Positions 39,751 through 55,129 are shown, counted from the stretch's first letter. The stretch: DNA of 64,000 nucleotides from Octopus sinensis (GCF_006345805.1 NC_043008.1:15810001-15874000); one strand, 5' to 3'. The notes: a model not told the origin generated them from the sequence alone. Program-made: numbers and translations.

Positions 39751-40637
39751 GTCTGCATGAGTTGATGGCTGGATGATTATTGTCTGAAAGGTCTGTATAT
39801 TGTTGCTTTCTACTAAGTTCCAGTATACATGCGTAGAGAATGTATGTGTGCGTGTTTGCCTGATGATGTTCACTCATAAATAAGGAGAGACTTTTAACAT
39901 ATTAAAATTTAATTAGAAGCTAATTGTGCATTAAATATTAACATTTAATATAAATTAATACCACCGTCCCCAACTTAATCTTTTGGTTTAGAGACATCGT
40001 ATTTATTTAATAATTCCAGTATATTATAAAAACCCAAATGAAACATAACATACGTGCCGAACACTTGCGATTTGCCATTCCATATGTAAAAGTATTAAAA
40101 TTGAAATAAGCAAGAAGAACATATAAATATATGTTCAATATGAATTGGCAGTAAATTGATCGAGAAATCATTCGAAATAATCTTAGACACTATTGATATT
40201 TATAGATTAATTGTAGATTTATAACCAAAGCTCTTTGAAAGACATAAAATATTATAAATTTCTAATAAAATACTTTGAAAGTTACATTCAAGCAGACAAG
40301 CATAGATGTATATAGACATATATAGTCGTCTAGGAATATGTATAACGGCGTATGTAAATGTGTCTATGGGGAACATATTTTCATTTAAATCTGTATGAAA
40401 ATCACGACTGTGTTGTAGATTTAAATTAATTTAGATGCTTATTCTTAGATATTTTAATATATTTTCCATAACGTTCCGACAGCAAAATTCTAAACCCATC
40501 GCCAGTGTTTTGATAAAAATAATTTTACCGTGCATTGTATTTTTGTATATATATATATATTATATAATATATACACACACACACCAAACACACACACACA
40601 CATACACAACACACATATATATATATATATATATATA

Positions 40638-40688
<51 letters not shown>

Positions 40689-40689
40689 A

Positions 40690-40915
40690 AATACAAAATG
40701 GGTCAACAACGCAAAACATCCAGACAACTAGGTGATACAAAACGGGACAACAAAACATCCAGGTAGACGATACAGAAACACAAGGACGGGTCATTCGAAG
40801 CTTTCTATCCTCAGTCAAGAACCGGATCATCCTTTAAGCTAAGAGCATTTGATTCCTTGGAAGAAAGCATCGAATGTATACGAAAACAAGGACGGAGAAA
40901 CAGACGATGTTATAC
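40690..40915. repeat. Unclassified repeat fragment between (TA)n tracts, possibly Penelope pseudo-LTR
   Basis: Internal duplication aaaacatccag twice; bounded by TA tracts on both sides. Confidence 0.35.
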
Positions 40916-40918
40916 AAT

Positions 40919-40949
<31 letters not shown>

Positions 40950-41374
40950 CGGGGACATCTTAACCCATGTGAATAGATGCTATGCTTTAAGGATTTAGCT
41001 ATAAAAATATCAAGAAAATTCATTAGGTAAGGACATCTGAGGGAACGGTAACTTGCAGAAACCCAGCTTGCAATCTAATGACAAGACGAATAACTGTACG
41101 ATACGTGATACAAAATTGTTTCTCATACAATACAAGCACCACCGTCTTCCTCTTTCTCTTCCACTTCCTCTTCCTCTGAATGTTAAAATATTCGTCTTTC
41201 CTCCTTGTACTCTCGAATCTCTGGCGTTTTCTATGGAGACATGATTGAAAACATCTGTCCGGGCATAACGTGTGGATGTTTACAGAGCGTAAAGATTTTT
41301 AACCTGAAGAGAGTTTAGGCTCTTTATTAGATTCGGCAAAGTAATGGGTACCCTTCATTCCAGGAATTATAATC

Positions 41375-41805
41375 TTTTATCTTTTATCTCTTATGTCTCT
41401 TAGTGAAAATTTAACTCTAGCGAACCGACTCCAGTACTCAATGTTTTGAAGCCTGTTACTTAATCTGGCGAAACACTAGGTTACGGCACGTAAACACCCC
41501 TACATTGTTAAGCGATGTTTGAGAGCTAAAATAAGCATAAAAGTCCTCCCCACATATATATGTATGAACACACATTCACACACACGACCACACACCAACA
41601 CGTGCGCCCGTGCACACACAAAAAGATATAAGTACATATGCAACAGGCTACTTTCGGTTTCCTTCAACTAAATCCACACATAAGGCGTCTGTCGGACCGA
41701 ATCTGTAGAGGATGCCACTTGCCCATGAATCCGTGCACTAGATCCGAACCCGGAACGATGTAGTTGGGAAGCAGACTTCTTACCATCCTGCCGCGTCTTC
41801 GCTTA
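41375..41805 (-). mobile_element. SINE family A, highly diverged
   Basis: Recognisable cgtaaacacc, ttcggtttcc, cacttgccc and gaacccggaac modules in reverse order. Confidence 0.6.
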
Positions 41806-42060
41806 TTTGTATGAACTTACAAAATATTTAAGTCAGCACAACGAAGTTTACGGATGCCCATTATTGTGAATTTGTCAGCTAATTTTGTGGCATTATTTTC
41901 TATGTATGTGTGTCAGTACGTTAGCGTTCGAGGCTGTGTGTGTATATGTGTTGCTGTGTTTGTGTGTTTTGGTTTGTTTACGCACACTCACACACGCACG
42001 CACACACACACACACTGATATTTGAACTTATGAGCGTGGTTAGATAAATAAATATAGTAT

Positions 42061-42587
42061 ATATATAATAATACATATAATACAGTATCAATTAATGCAC
42101 CCTTATACGGAGGCCAGCATATAAAGATAGACATAGATTTATGTCTAACAAAAATATTCTGTCAGTGAAATAAACAATTAACCTGCAATTAAATTTATGC
42201 ATAATAAAACCCAGACAAAAAGTCACTCAAGCGTTAGGTACTATATACAGTTTTAGAAAACTTTCCACAATTGACAAAGGTTCGTAAGTAAGTATAACAT
42301 TAAATAGAATCACCAAAATTTACGAGGAAATTTTCCTAATATGAAATAAAACAACAGTAGCAACACACCAAGTATTAAATTAGGATTTATTTTATTTTTC
42401 AGAGAAAATTTGTTTCCTACGTATGTAGTTATATAGCAGTTTGAATCGAGTGACGATTCATAAAAACATTGGAATCCATTGAAGTTTGTAGTACTATATA
42501 TATATATATATATAATATATATATATATATATACACACACACAAAAACACAAATAATATATATATATATATACACACACACACAAAC

Positions 42588-42640
<53 letters not shown>

Positions 42641-42745
42641 ATATTCTTTCTATTTATTCCCTCGTGTTCCTTTCTGTTGAAGGGCAAAGGCACGAAACGT
42701 AAAAGACTCACTTTCCTGACCGTCAAACTAATTTCTGTAAATTTC

Positions 42746-42790
<45 letters not shown>

Positions 42791-43235
42791 ATATATAGTG
42801 CTACAAAATTCAATGGATTCCATTGATTTTATGGGTCGTCACTCGATTCAAACTGCTATATAACTACATACGTAGGAAACAAATTTCACTGAAAAATAAA
42901 ATAAATCCTAATTTAATACTTGGTGTGTTGCTACTGTTGTTTTATTTCATATTAGGAAAATTTCCTCGTAAATTTTTGTGATTCTGTTCAATGTTATACT
43001 TACTTACGAACATTTGTCAATTGTGGAAAGTTTTCTAAAATTGTATATAGTACCTAACGCTTGCGCGACTTTTTGTCTGGTTTGTATTATGCATAAATTT
43101 AATTGCAGGTTAATTGTCTTGCTTATTTCACTGGCAGAATATTTTTGTTAGACATAAATCTATGTCTATGCATTTATGTTGGCCTCCGTGTAAGGGTGCA
43201 TTAATTGATACTGTATTATATATATTATTATAAAT
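42061..43235. repeat. Large inverted repeat (~435-bp arms, ~300-bp spacer)
   Basis: Arms 42061-42496 and 42796-43235 are colinear reverse complements with scattered mismatches; spacer is (TA)n plus a Penelope-like fragment. Confidence 0.95.
42645..42745 (+). mobile_element. Penelope-like pseudo-LTR fragment with a degenerate hammerhead
   Basis: ttcctttCTGTTGAAgggcaaaggcacGAAACGTAaaag; homologous to 35035-35200. Confidence 0.5.
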
Positions 43236-43768
43236 ATTATATATTTGATTTTAATTTACAAAGTAACATTAAAAATGGTACCATTCATTTGCTAATATAT
43301 TGTCACACTAGAATACTTAAAAAATGAGAGCTAGTAGTACCAATATAGCTAACGTTTTATACCAAGTGGGTAAAATCTTTATGTAAGAAATAAGCATTGG
43401 GACAAGAATAAATATGTGAAGTCTCGACAATAACTCAAGCAAATATTACTGTGAATTTATTGTCATAGGTAGATTTTACTATAATATATAATTATTTTTT
43501 ATAACTGTACTTATGTACTACTAATTTATGTACTAATAGATTATGTACTACTATTATTTTTATAACCTATATTAACATTTCTAATTATCAATTAATAATT
43601 TAAAAAATGATTCTTTTTAAAGTGCAACAAATACTTTGCGTTATATTTTATTTTTAATGGAAGTGACAAGTTATTTTTAATGGAAGTAATAACTTATAAT
43701 AACATTTTGAGTTTTAATAAAAGCTAATATTTTCTAAATCTAGATATTTTATTTGAAATTTTATCCTT

Positions 43769-43891
43769 AGCTGCAATATTTTAAGTAACAAATTTTCTTG
43801 ATCTGTACTTTACTAGATGTAATAGCTTGTCCTGTACTTTTCCACATTTATGATTTTGAGAATATTATTTGTCTTGCTCACACTTTCCATG
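43769..43891. repeat. Solo copy of the 21360-21852 terminal repeat, abutting (TA)n
   Basis: gctgcaatattttaagtaa..tgtaatagcttgtcctgtact..ttccatg then (TA)n. Confidence 0.65.
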
Positions 43892-43932
<41 letters not shown>

Positions 43933-45039
43933 TAGTTCAACAATGTACCAATAAATATAGGTAACCGACATGATATAGACTAAATATAGAACCACGGGAT
44001 GATTCCAAATATAGTGTATGCATAGAAATCTCTCCCTCTCACTATCTCTCTTACTTCCCCACTCTCTCTCTCCCGATCTAAATGTATATAAGTAATTTTA
44101 TGTGCAAAATTAAACATGTATGTCTAAACGCTCCAAAAAAAAACCTCCTTACTAAGTATATTCTCAATTGCCAGTTAATTCTACATAACTCCAAGCACGT
44201 TTAAATTGCCATGAAAATATTGGTATAATTTCCCGTAAACATTTGAATTTAAATGAATTCTAACAAAAAAATTATCAGTTTCCTGGCCGACGTTGATTCA
44301 ACGAGGGTATACAATTTGTTTGGCGTTTTCCCACTACACTCTACATTCCCATACCTCGACGGATTCATAGTCCTTAAATTATTAATTGTCAGATAACTAA
44401 TGAGTCTTGAATGTGCTTACTTCCCTTTTTAAAATACTTTAAAAATGCCTCCTGAACAAAGAAGAAAAAAAAACACATTTGTGACGACGGTTGTCATCTT
44501 AACCTTTATAATATACACTATCTTAAGAATCCAAAGTATCTGTGTTATGCTTCCCTTCGACCATCATATCCACACTAGCGAAGTAACCAGGAAATGGCCA
44601 TGAAATATCAACACTCTTGAAGCAACTGCGCAACACAATTTGCTTCACCAACGTGTATAAGAATATTAAACACTTGAAAAGCCAGCAGTTTTGATGAAGT
44701 GACAAAACGTATGCCAGCCAACAACAAACCGAAGACAAAAAAAAAAAACGTTTGATTTCATCAAAAACTATCTCGTTCTGTCTGGTATTTGATATAATAT
44801 CGATGAGGTTCGTTCTATTTCATGTAATTGATGCTGGGTTCGAAATCTTGAAAACAATCAGTTATAATTCAATGGTTGTTTATCTAAGTATCATATCGCT
44901 TATTGATGGTACCATTTTTGATGTACTCATTGCTAAGTCTGCATTTGCTTTTTCTGTCCTGTCTGCTTAGCGCACACTGTTGACAATTTGGATCCCAGTA
45001 TAAAATTAATGTTTTTAAATAAAATTTCTTCTCAACATC

Positions 45040-45149
45040 ATGTATTCAGTTCCACTGCGTGGCCCCTTGGGAAAATGTCTTCTCCTATAGTCTCGGTGTC
45101 ACTAAATCCCCGTAAGCTGATTTGGTGGACAGACACTGAAAGCAGAACG

Positions 45150-45210
<61 letters not shown>

Positions 45211-45450
45211 ATATATATTATATATATATATATGTGTGTATATATATATATATTTATGTATATATTTTTGACAGCCGGTGCTGGTGCGTTTACGTCCCTG
45301 TATCCTTACAATTCAGCAAAAGAGATGATACAATATGTACTAGGCTTAAAAGATAAGTCCTGGTGTCGATTTGTTCGACTAAAGCCCGTCAAAGATTTGC
45401 CCCAGCATGGCCGCAGTGAAATGACTGAAAGACGTAAAAGATTAAAGGAA
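45040..45450 (+). mobile_element. SINE family A, diverged, expanded internal (TA)n
   Basis: ttcagttccactgcgtggc head remnant; tail cagcatggccgcagtgaaatgactgaaa. Confidence 0.7.
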
Positions 45451-46199
45451 TAACACATTACATTTGAATTTAATGTTTGTAAATTTATTTACTAATATGG
45501 CTTATAGCAAACTTTATATAATCGCTGTTAGTAATTTCCTTATTCGGTTTTAATAAAGAAAAAAATATTCGTAAGCTTTACAGACGTGCGTGGTATTAAA
45601 AATTGGCTTAAATATCTTTCCCAACGGCGTAAAGGTTGAAAATGATTGAAGTAAACATTTCTGGCTTGTTTTTCCTCAGCAACAAAATATAAATAAATTG
45701 TATAACTTGTAAATTTGTATTTTTCAAAACTGAATTTAGTTGTATCAAATTTCAACCAAAAATATAGAACATTTTCACATCAATATAACATTTATTCCAG
45801 TTGTGTGCCTATGAAAATCCCCTTCTTTGTCATAACAAACATTTCTTTTATTTTGGACAAAAGTGTGTAAATATCGTATGTCATGTAATTTATATTTCTC
45901 AAAGCAATGACACTAAATTCACAATGCGTTTGTGATAATTATTCAAGAATGATATATCTGTCTGTGCATATTTGATCCGAAAACATTTTTGCAAGTGATT
46001 AACGTTTGTGAGACAAATCATTTACAAAATGATCGTTATTTTCAAGTTCTCAATATTCCCACACATTTTCCTACTCATACACAAATAGAACATTGTGGTT
46101 TTAAGACTACTACCTTTCTCTTGCCGTCTTTTAACCAGAATTCAACCACAACTGCAAGCGTGGTTGTACATAAAATCGCATTGATACTCCTGTCCTCTA

Positions 46200-46430
46200 A
46201 AGGCGGCGAGCTGGCAGAACCGTTAGCACACCGGGTGAAATGCGTAGCCGTATTTCGTCTAGTGTTACGTTCTGAGTTCAAATTCCGCCACGGTCGACTT
46301 TGCCTTTCATCCTTTCGGGATCGATAAATTAAGTACCAGTTAAGCACTGGGGTCGATATAATTGACTTAATCCGTTTGCCCGTCCTTGTTTGTCCTCTCT
46401 ATGTTTAGCCTTTGTGGGTAATAAAGAAAC
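46200..46430 (+). mobile_element. SINE family B with 13-bp TSD
   Basis: TSD gatactcctgtcc at 46183-46195 and 46432-46444. Confidence 0.92.
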
Positions 46431-46723
46431 GGATACTCCTGTCCACTTTCTTAGCTTCATCTTCCTAAGAGTCTCTCATATTCATTGCATCACACTGACT
46501 TAGTAAAAATGCACTGAATACAAAAGTCGTTTTGTATTCAGTATGTTGTCATTGAGTCAAAACTACATCTTGTCCACCATCACCATGCGGTCACTCAAAT
46601 ACTCTATCATTAGACTTTATGTATAACAACAGTTTGCATCCACCTGATCTATAACTAGCACTTCCACCATCATTTATATCTATCACGCTTTCTTCCATAT
46701 CTCTGTCCTTGTCTGTGTCTCTG

Positions 46724-47160
<437 letters not shown>

Positions 47161-47727
47161 GGAAAGAGATATATGACTAATGTAAACTAAATTGCTCAAA
47201 CCTTTATTTTCACAAACAAGTTGCTCCTCCTTGAGAAATCAATGGATTATGTAAATTGTATTAAGTGGGGCATATGTTATGATTCATATTAGTGTCAACC
47301 TGAATATAAAACAAAAGAAACTGATTCAGCAACGGCATCAGTGTATTAGGTCGTCATGAAAAAATTTTAAATTGAAATCTAGCATACACGATACCAAAGA
47401 ACAATTAATTTTTCAATGATACCATTCTAGCGAGACATTAGTTTAAATTCTATAATTTCTTTATTCAAAGACTATTGACAGAAATTTCAGTTAAAATATA
47501 ATATTTACCAACGTTCACCTTCAGATAGCTAATTGTGTTTGTGTGAAAGTATCTCATTTTTAAGATTGTTTTGCGGGCTGCTAATAGTTACTTAAAGATA
47601 CCTGTAGGCCGAATAGGTACGAATGTTTCAAACAGGTGCGATTTTCTCTAGCGCGCTGCTTGCGCCTTCTTGCAGTTGACAATGATTCTTAATACAATAC
47701 TCGTGAGGTACAGAACTTTCTTGTAGA

Positions 47728-48100
47728 ACAGGAGTGGCTGTGTGGTAGGTAGCTTTCTTACCAACCATATGGTTCCAGGTTCAGTCCCACTACGTGGCAC
47801 CATGGAGCAAGTGTATTCTACTATAGCCTCGAGCCGACCAAAGCCTTGCGAGAGTATTTGGTAGACAGAAACTGAAAGAAGTCCGTCGTAGATATGTATA
47901 TATATATGTATATATGTGTGGGTGTGTGGGTGTGTGTGTGTGTGTTTGTGTGTCTGTATATGTCACCCAATATCGCTTGACAACCGATGCTGGTGTGTTT
48001 ACGTCCCCGTAAATTTGCGGTCGGCAATTTGCTCTATTAAAGCCGGTGCTCCAGCATGGCCGCAGTCAAATGACTGAAACAAGTAAAAGAGTAAAAGAAC
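47728..48100 (+). mobile_element. SINE family A, near full length (internal 3' deletion)
   Basis: caggagtggctgtgtggtagg..ggttcagtccc..cagcatggccgcagtcaaatgactgaaacaagtaaaagagtaaaag. Confidence 0.88.
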
Positions 48101-48177
48101 AATGTTCACTGTCCACCAGATACTTTAAAAATTTCAGAGACTAACACTGCTCGACCTGTGTTAATAAACTGCATATA

Positions 48178-48220
<43 letters not shown>

Positions 48221-48226
48221 ATAGTT

Positions 48227-48829
48227 CGGTGTGTGGTAAAGTAAATTATTTTACTGAACCCTATTTTTATAAAGTAATATTTCAATTATACCGTAAATGG
48301 TCGTTTTACATACTGAACACTACTTGGTAAAATTAATTAATTAATTTTACCCTTTATTATTGACATTATAATTCTCTCTCCCTGAAATTTTAACTGCAGT
48401 TTACCTCTGTAGGAATGTACTACTCTGTAACTCACGTGGGTGGACGGGGACGAATACAAGGTCTCATTTATATTTTTGAATTCGTTGGTACTGGCGGTCT
48501 GGCATGGTTTGTCTGGTGTTACACATACCGGACGGGTATGTTTGATTTTTAGTACTTTCAAATCCAAATCAGAAGAACACTTTGAGCTGATGAAAGAAGT
48601 GTTGATCTTTATAGTCAACTAATCCAGAAACAAGCTTGTTCTCAGGTGATCTTATATAGATGTGATTTGTCGTTGTTTTTCCCTTATACCTGTGTGAGTA
48701 ATTTCTGAGTTTGCATTGCCTGGGGGATTTTTCTTACAGTAGAAGAAATAGCTAAGTTTTTGGCTGCTGTTTCTAAAAAGTTCGGTGTGTGGTAAAGTAA
48801 ATTATTTTACTGAACCCTATTTTTATAAA

Positions 48830-48830
<1 letters not shown>
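48227..48830 (-). repeat. Repeat family D, copy 3: two direct copies flanking ~370 bp
   Basis: gttcggtgtgtggtaaagtaaattattttactgaaccctatttttataaagta occurs at ~48227 and ~48780; the right copy runs into (TA)n. Confidence 0.75.
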
Positions 48831-48879
<49 letters not shown>

Positions 48880-48947
48880 TTGTGTATATATGTATATATA
48901 TATATGTGTGTATGTGTGTGTATATGTATATATATATATATACATAT

Positions 48948-48979
<32 letters not shown>

Positions 48980-50289
48980 TTCGACCCACATATATAGTAG
49001 AAGATACTTGCTCAATGTTGCGAACGTTGTAACCGAACCCGAATCCGCAGTGTTTGCCTGTGTCTCCCTGGATGTCAGTATTAATGGACGTTTGCATGAG
49101 TCTGTGGCCTGCGTGCTTTCATATATTTGATTATGCATTTGTGTATGAATACTGCGAAAATGTCATTCATTTTCTAGTCGTTTATGTGAACAAATCTTCA
49201 ATAAATCGAATGATTAAAATGATTTAAAATTATTATCGACTTAATAGAATCCGATGCTATCGTGATATCGGTCTGATTCCATAGTTTTGCTATGAAGATG
49301 CAGCTTTTTCTCTCTCTTTTATTTTCCTTTTCATTTCTTTATAGAATCTGAAAACTCGATTAAATCTATTTAATGAATGCACGTAGTTTTAGTAACATCA
49401 CGTGATAGAGTATCCATTTTCTCGTCCTATCGCTAGAAACATTATAATGAAAAAAAACAAAATTAATCATTGCCAAATAGACGCATACGTTCAGAAGTAG
49501 ACAGACACACGCCGGGGTAAAAGTGTGACTGTATGAGCTTTTGCTTAGATAAATGTGTCTGTGTGGAAACGTATGGTTGTGTGTCATTGTTATGCAGAAG
49601 CCGGTTTGCGTTCGTCTGAAAGAAATAGCAAATATGTTTTTTTTCTTTTCTCACTACGATTCGTGATCTCCTGATAGAACGACTAAATTTCCGATGTGCT
49701 TTATATTATATTTGTTTATTGTTTGATTATTTTTTTCATACATTTCACTACAAATTGCCTCCCAAAAAGTAATAATTTTCGAAATACTGTTCATCAACAA
49801 AACATTTTTCAGAAATATTGTTAATAAGAAAATATTATATTATACGTTTAATATTTTATTGCTAGATATACAATTTGATATATAATTCCTATCAAATTAT
49901 TGTGTCACATTGATACTGGGAAAGTATATTAACGTTTTTTAATATAAGAGACTCATGAAAAAATGTTTTAAGTTAATTAAGGAGAAAGCACAAAATGATG
50001 TTCTGAAGTTATATAGCTCCAGGTCAGCTACTATCAATCAGGCTCGTCATCAAATGCGTTGCCTCTCTTAAAATCTTGTCTTCTATTCATACGTAGCGTG
50101 TGTATCAGCACTCTTCATAAATGAATCCATGACAGCGTTTAAGGGAATTGCACAGTGCTTTCCATTAGATAGAGTGATACAGTAGACAGATAGTCGCTGT
50201 TGAATTGGTAACTGTTTCTCTTTCAGCCATAGGCGTATCTGAATAAGCTAAACGATGTTCAAACGGAAATGCGATCATACATTCTCCTT

Positions 50290-50376
50290 AGCTCTCCCTA
50301 CACACACACACATATATATAATTCTATACACATATGTATGAATATATGTATGTATATGTATATATATGTATGTAGG

Positions 50377-50421
<45 letters not shown>

Positions 50422-50665
50422 ATATATGTATGTATATATATATATGTATGTAGGTATATATATATATGTGTGTGTGTGTGTATGTTTGTATGCATATATA
50501 TATATATATGTGTGTGTGTGTATTTATATATGTATGTATGTATATATGTGTGTGTATATATATATGTATTTATATATATAAGTATGTATATATATATGTA
50601 TATATATATATGTGTGTGTGTATGTATATATATATATATATATAAAGAGAGAGTGAGAGATAGGG
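50290..50665. repeat. Compound (TA)n/(TG)n microsatellite
   Basis: Direct reading. Confidence 0.9.
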
Positions 50666-51369
50666 GGAGGGAGAGGTAAATGAATGACAAAATAATATAA
50701 GTTCCATATTTACCCACATTTGCTTACAGCTGTTCCTTAGATCCGAACGATATCTTGTAACATCTGCTATACAGAAATGGGGTTGACCAAATGCTGGTTT
50801 AAATTATATAATCGTTTGAAGCGGGGTCAATCACTTCAGACTTCTGCTCCACCGGCGCATGCTTACGGTGTGAATAGCCAGAATATTGAGTTCTGCCACC
50901 GTTATTGTTAACAACATCAGAGAGAAAACAACATAAACCTAATACATATGGAATATAACAATAAAGGGATATACTTAATAATACAGGTCAATGGTGAATA
51001 TTATTGCCTTGTATTTTGATGTGAGGGTTAGGACCAGCTCTTCAGGAAATCTAGAGAGAAAAGATGTTGACAGCTGATTTCTCTCGTCTGTGTATATGAA
51101 GGGTTATTGAGCGTTGCTGTATGGCATCCAGTTCACGTTACTTCGCGGGGTGTGCTTGTTAAATAAAATCGCTCCTTTTATCCGCAAGTTACCAGTGTTC
51201 CTTTCTGTATCAGATAGTTAAGGACAGGCGTTGATTTGGACGTTAATGAGAATGAATAATAATTTAATCAGTATTTTTTGAAGATGTTTAAAACTCCATC
51301 CTTCTTTATGATATTTTTTTCCGTCATTTGATTGCTTCCATGATGGGAATACCACCTTCAAGGGCTCCA

Positions 51370-51675
51370 GTCAAACATATCGACCCCATGTCTCGTATTT
51401 TATAAAGGTTTAGTACTTATTCTATCAGAGTCTTTTGCAGAATCGCTAACTGACGGGGACATAAACACACAGACACTGGTTGTCAAGCGGTCGTAGCGGA
51501 AAAGTGATGACATAAAGATACACACATACGCACGCACACAGACACACATATACATATACGACGGGTTTCTTTCATTTCCCATCTACCAAATCCAGATACA
51601 CGGCTTTGTTCGGTCTGAGTCTATAGTAGAAGTCATTTGCCTAAGGTGCCACACTGCGAGACTGAACCCGGTATG
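51370..51675 (-). mobile_element. SINE family A, diverged
   Basis: agtacttattctatc..ttgtcaagcg..ggtgccac..gactgaacccgg in reverse orientation. Confidence 0.7.
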
Positions 51676-52322
51676 TTATGACATAAGTTAAAATTTCTTT
51701 CTTCTCGAAAAGTTCGAGACTTCAAACTTCACTTATACTCCGCTGTTTGAAGTTCTTTCTTATACATAGGCACTGATGTAGGCTGTGTGAGCGTGAGGTT
51801 ATGTAGAGATAATGTCAAATATGAGCAAACGGGCGTAGCCACATCAGTGTCTTTTGCTTCCTCTCTTAATACTATGTTATTAATTTTTTAACTGACACTA
51901 TCTATTCTGCTATACCTCATTACTTAACCATAATATTCCCGACTGGATTAGATTAGTGCCCGAAACAAACACCATAGTTTATTGTTGCAGCCATAGCTAT
52001 TGTCGTAGAAATAGGCATAAGTTCTATAATATTTATAACATTTAAACGAATTAAGATTTTAATTATTTTCATTACTATACATACACTCACACACACTCCT
52101 ACCTACCTACCTATCTACATGCATGCATAAATATATATATTTATTTACATACTGCACATGCAAGGACTCCAATACCGCGCATATACATAAATGCATGCAA
52201 AAATACTCTATTGAGGTTGTAATTCCAGTGGAGCCTTGGATCTAGGTTAGAAACCGGCTCTTCTTTTTTTTCTTTTACTTTGGCAACAAATATTGAAGAA
52301 AAAAAAACAAATAATAATATAT

Positions 52323-52505
52323 GCGCAAGAGTGGCTCTGTGGTAAGTAGCTTGCTTACCCTCCACATGGTTCCGGATTCATTACCACTGCGTGGCACCTT
52401 GGGCAAGTATATTCTACTATAGCCTCGGGCCGACCAAAGTCTTGTGAGTGGATTGGTAGATGGAAACTGGAAAAAGCTAGTCGTATGTATGTATATATAT
52501 ATATA

Positions 52506-52541
<36 letters not shown>

Positions 52542-52770
52542 ATGCGTGTGCGTGCGTGTATGTTTATGTGTCTGTGTTTGTCCCCCCAACATCGCTTGAC
52601 AACCGATGGTGGTGTGTTTACGTCCCTGTAACTTAGCGGTTCGGCAAAAGACTCCGATAGAATAAGTACTAGACTTCAAAAGAATAAATCCACCGGTCGA
52701 TTTGCTCGACTAAAAGGTGGTGCTCCAGCATGGCCGCAGTCAAATGACTAAAACAAGTAAAAGAGTAAGG
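52323..52770 (+). mobile_element. SINE family A, full length
   Basis: All modules present, tail aaacaagtaaaagagtaag. Confidence 0.9.
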
Positions 52771-54471
52771 GATACTTCTATACATACAAACGTACATGTA
52801 TTCATACATATACACCTATCTGTACACACGCATTTTCGTTACATCTCTTGGTTTACTGAACTTGATTCATGTGACAATATAGTACGTATTCCCGTGAATG
52901 TCTCCGCGTACCGAGCCAATTGATGCACACTACAACACAATTAACCACACAGCCTAGAAATATTTCTCTTACATTATAATTTTTTTGTTTTGAAAATCAC
53001 ATATTTTGTTGCTGTTATTATGTACAAATTTACAAATTTTATGTGTATTTTATTCACTTCTGGAAATAGATAAAAAAAGCTCGTTTAACCAAATATTTGG
53101 ATTCATGACAATGTTATTATTTTCTTTCGTTTTCTGCTCTAGTAATTCATGAAACAGCACATGAAACTGGACACTTAATTAGCCTAGTCAACAGAGTGTC
53201 AAACAAACTGAAAGCTTGATATTTTGCACGACTGATACGCTAACCCATGTCTATATTCAAGGAATAGCAAAATCGATTGGGCATGCACCGTAAATGCTAT
53301 CCATATCTTACCATGTCAGAAAACACGATAACGAACGGATGAGTTGTTCGCTTAAACAACCCAATTTTTATGAACGATGGACCTGGTATCATAATTCAGA
53401 CTACGATTGTTTCACACAATTTTACCATTCTTAAATCAGTAATAGTGGATAAATAGATTTAATCTATTCAATTGTTCTAGTAACATAATCGAGTAACCGC
53501 CATGACAGGGAACACAAAAATAATTTATGACATGCAAAGCTAACTATTTTCTATTGGTATTTCATAAAGCAAACGGCTACGCCGCCATAATTCAATTGGA
53601 AAAGCCAGAAGCACCTCGTTATAAAGCACATTTGTTAACAGAAAGACTAAACCCTAACGATAACTAAGGAAAATTGGAACATTTAAACCTCGTATAGTTG
53701 GGTAACGAATGAAAAGATAGGAAAATAATTTTCCGCACCCTCATATAAAATATTTCTGAGCTTCATTATTAGTTATACATAAACGTCAACATGAATAAGT
53801 TTTATTTAGTAAATGTAGTGCAAGTCAAGTGAGAGAGAAAGAGAGGAATGAAAGAAACAGATAAAGTAAAAGAAAGGTGAGAGTGAACAAACAGACCAAG
53901 TCTGGGTCAAAGTGTGAGATTGAATTTATTGTTAGACCGTCTTAAAATAGAATAACGTTCGGTTCGTAATTCTTAAAAGATTTTTCAAAAAATCTTAGAT
54001 ATACACACATAGGTATGTACACACGTACTTACATACTACTAAACGTATACAGACGCACAGACATGTCTAACTTTATCACTGCTCATTCTATTCTGAATTC
54101 CTTATTCGTATGTCAAATTGGAAGATATTTGTGTAGAAATTCTAGGAATTTATTACGATAGATATCATTTAAAAAGCATTACATAAAATATTTTATTAAC
54201 TTGCAAGATTATTTTTCCATTTAACAAATATTTGAAAATGACTTTGGTATTAAATGTTTTCTTTTAAACAGAAATAATATAAAATTGTACAAGTGAAAGG
54301 CAAAATCATTTTTATGCTTGTGATAACGCTAATTTATGGCAGAAAACCATCATAAATTTCTTCCTAAATGGCAGGTGAATTGAAGATTCTTTTTCTTCAT
54401 AACTATTGTTCGTAGTTTATGTCTTTCCTATAAGGTGATTTTTATTTGTATGTATATATATGTATATATAT

Positions 54472-54569
<98 letters not shown>

Positions 54570-55129
54570 ATATATACATGTAGGCTATTATTTGATTTGC
54601 ATAGTTTCGCTTACAGATATGTAAGAAAAAACAATAAACGAATTGTTTGCTGTTCCATTAACCTTTTCTCCTCTATTCATAATTCATTCGATATCATCTT
54701 TAAATGTTAAACGCATAACTTTGACCAACAAAATTCATGTCTCAACATTAGATTTAAAGTTTACTTGCTCAGATTATTATACGGACAACCCATCTAACAT
54801 TGAACTCAGCCCCATGTGTTGTGAAAATATAATGTATGTGGTACTTATGGAGGGCACCAGTCTTAAAATGGTGACTTGAGATGCAGGAATAATTGAGTCG
54901 AATAAATGAATAACCTTAAGAAGTCTCATATGTGATTAATTATCATTCGAAAATTAGCCAAGTATTGTCTTAGATGCTTGCGGTTATCACCATTTCTATA
55001 TTCTTTTCTATGTGTGGGAATTTCGTTGGCATAAGCCTAAATATCATCCATCATTCTTTCTATAATTTTACACTGAATAATCGTCTTAGCAATAATTGGA
55101 TGAATTTCCCCACAATTAACTGCTACAGC

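Noticed and set aside
40790-40830. Minus-strand CTGAGGA..CGAATGA hammerhead-like motif
   Set aside because: Lacks the GAAA core and a valid stem III with NUH triplet
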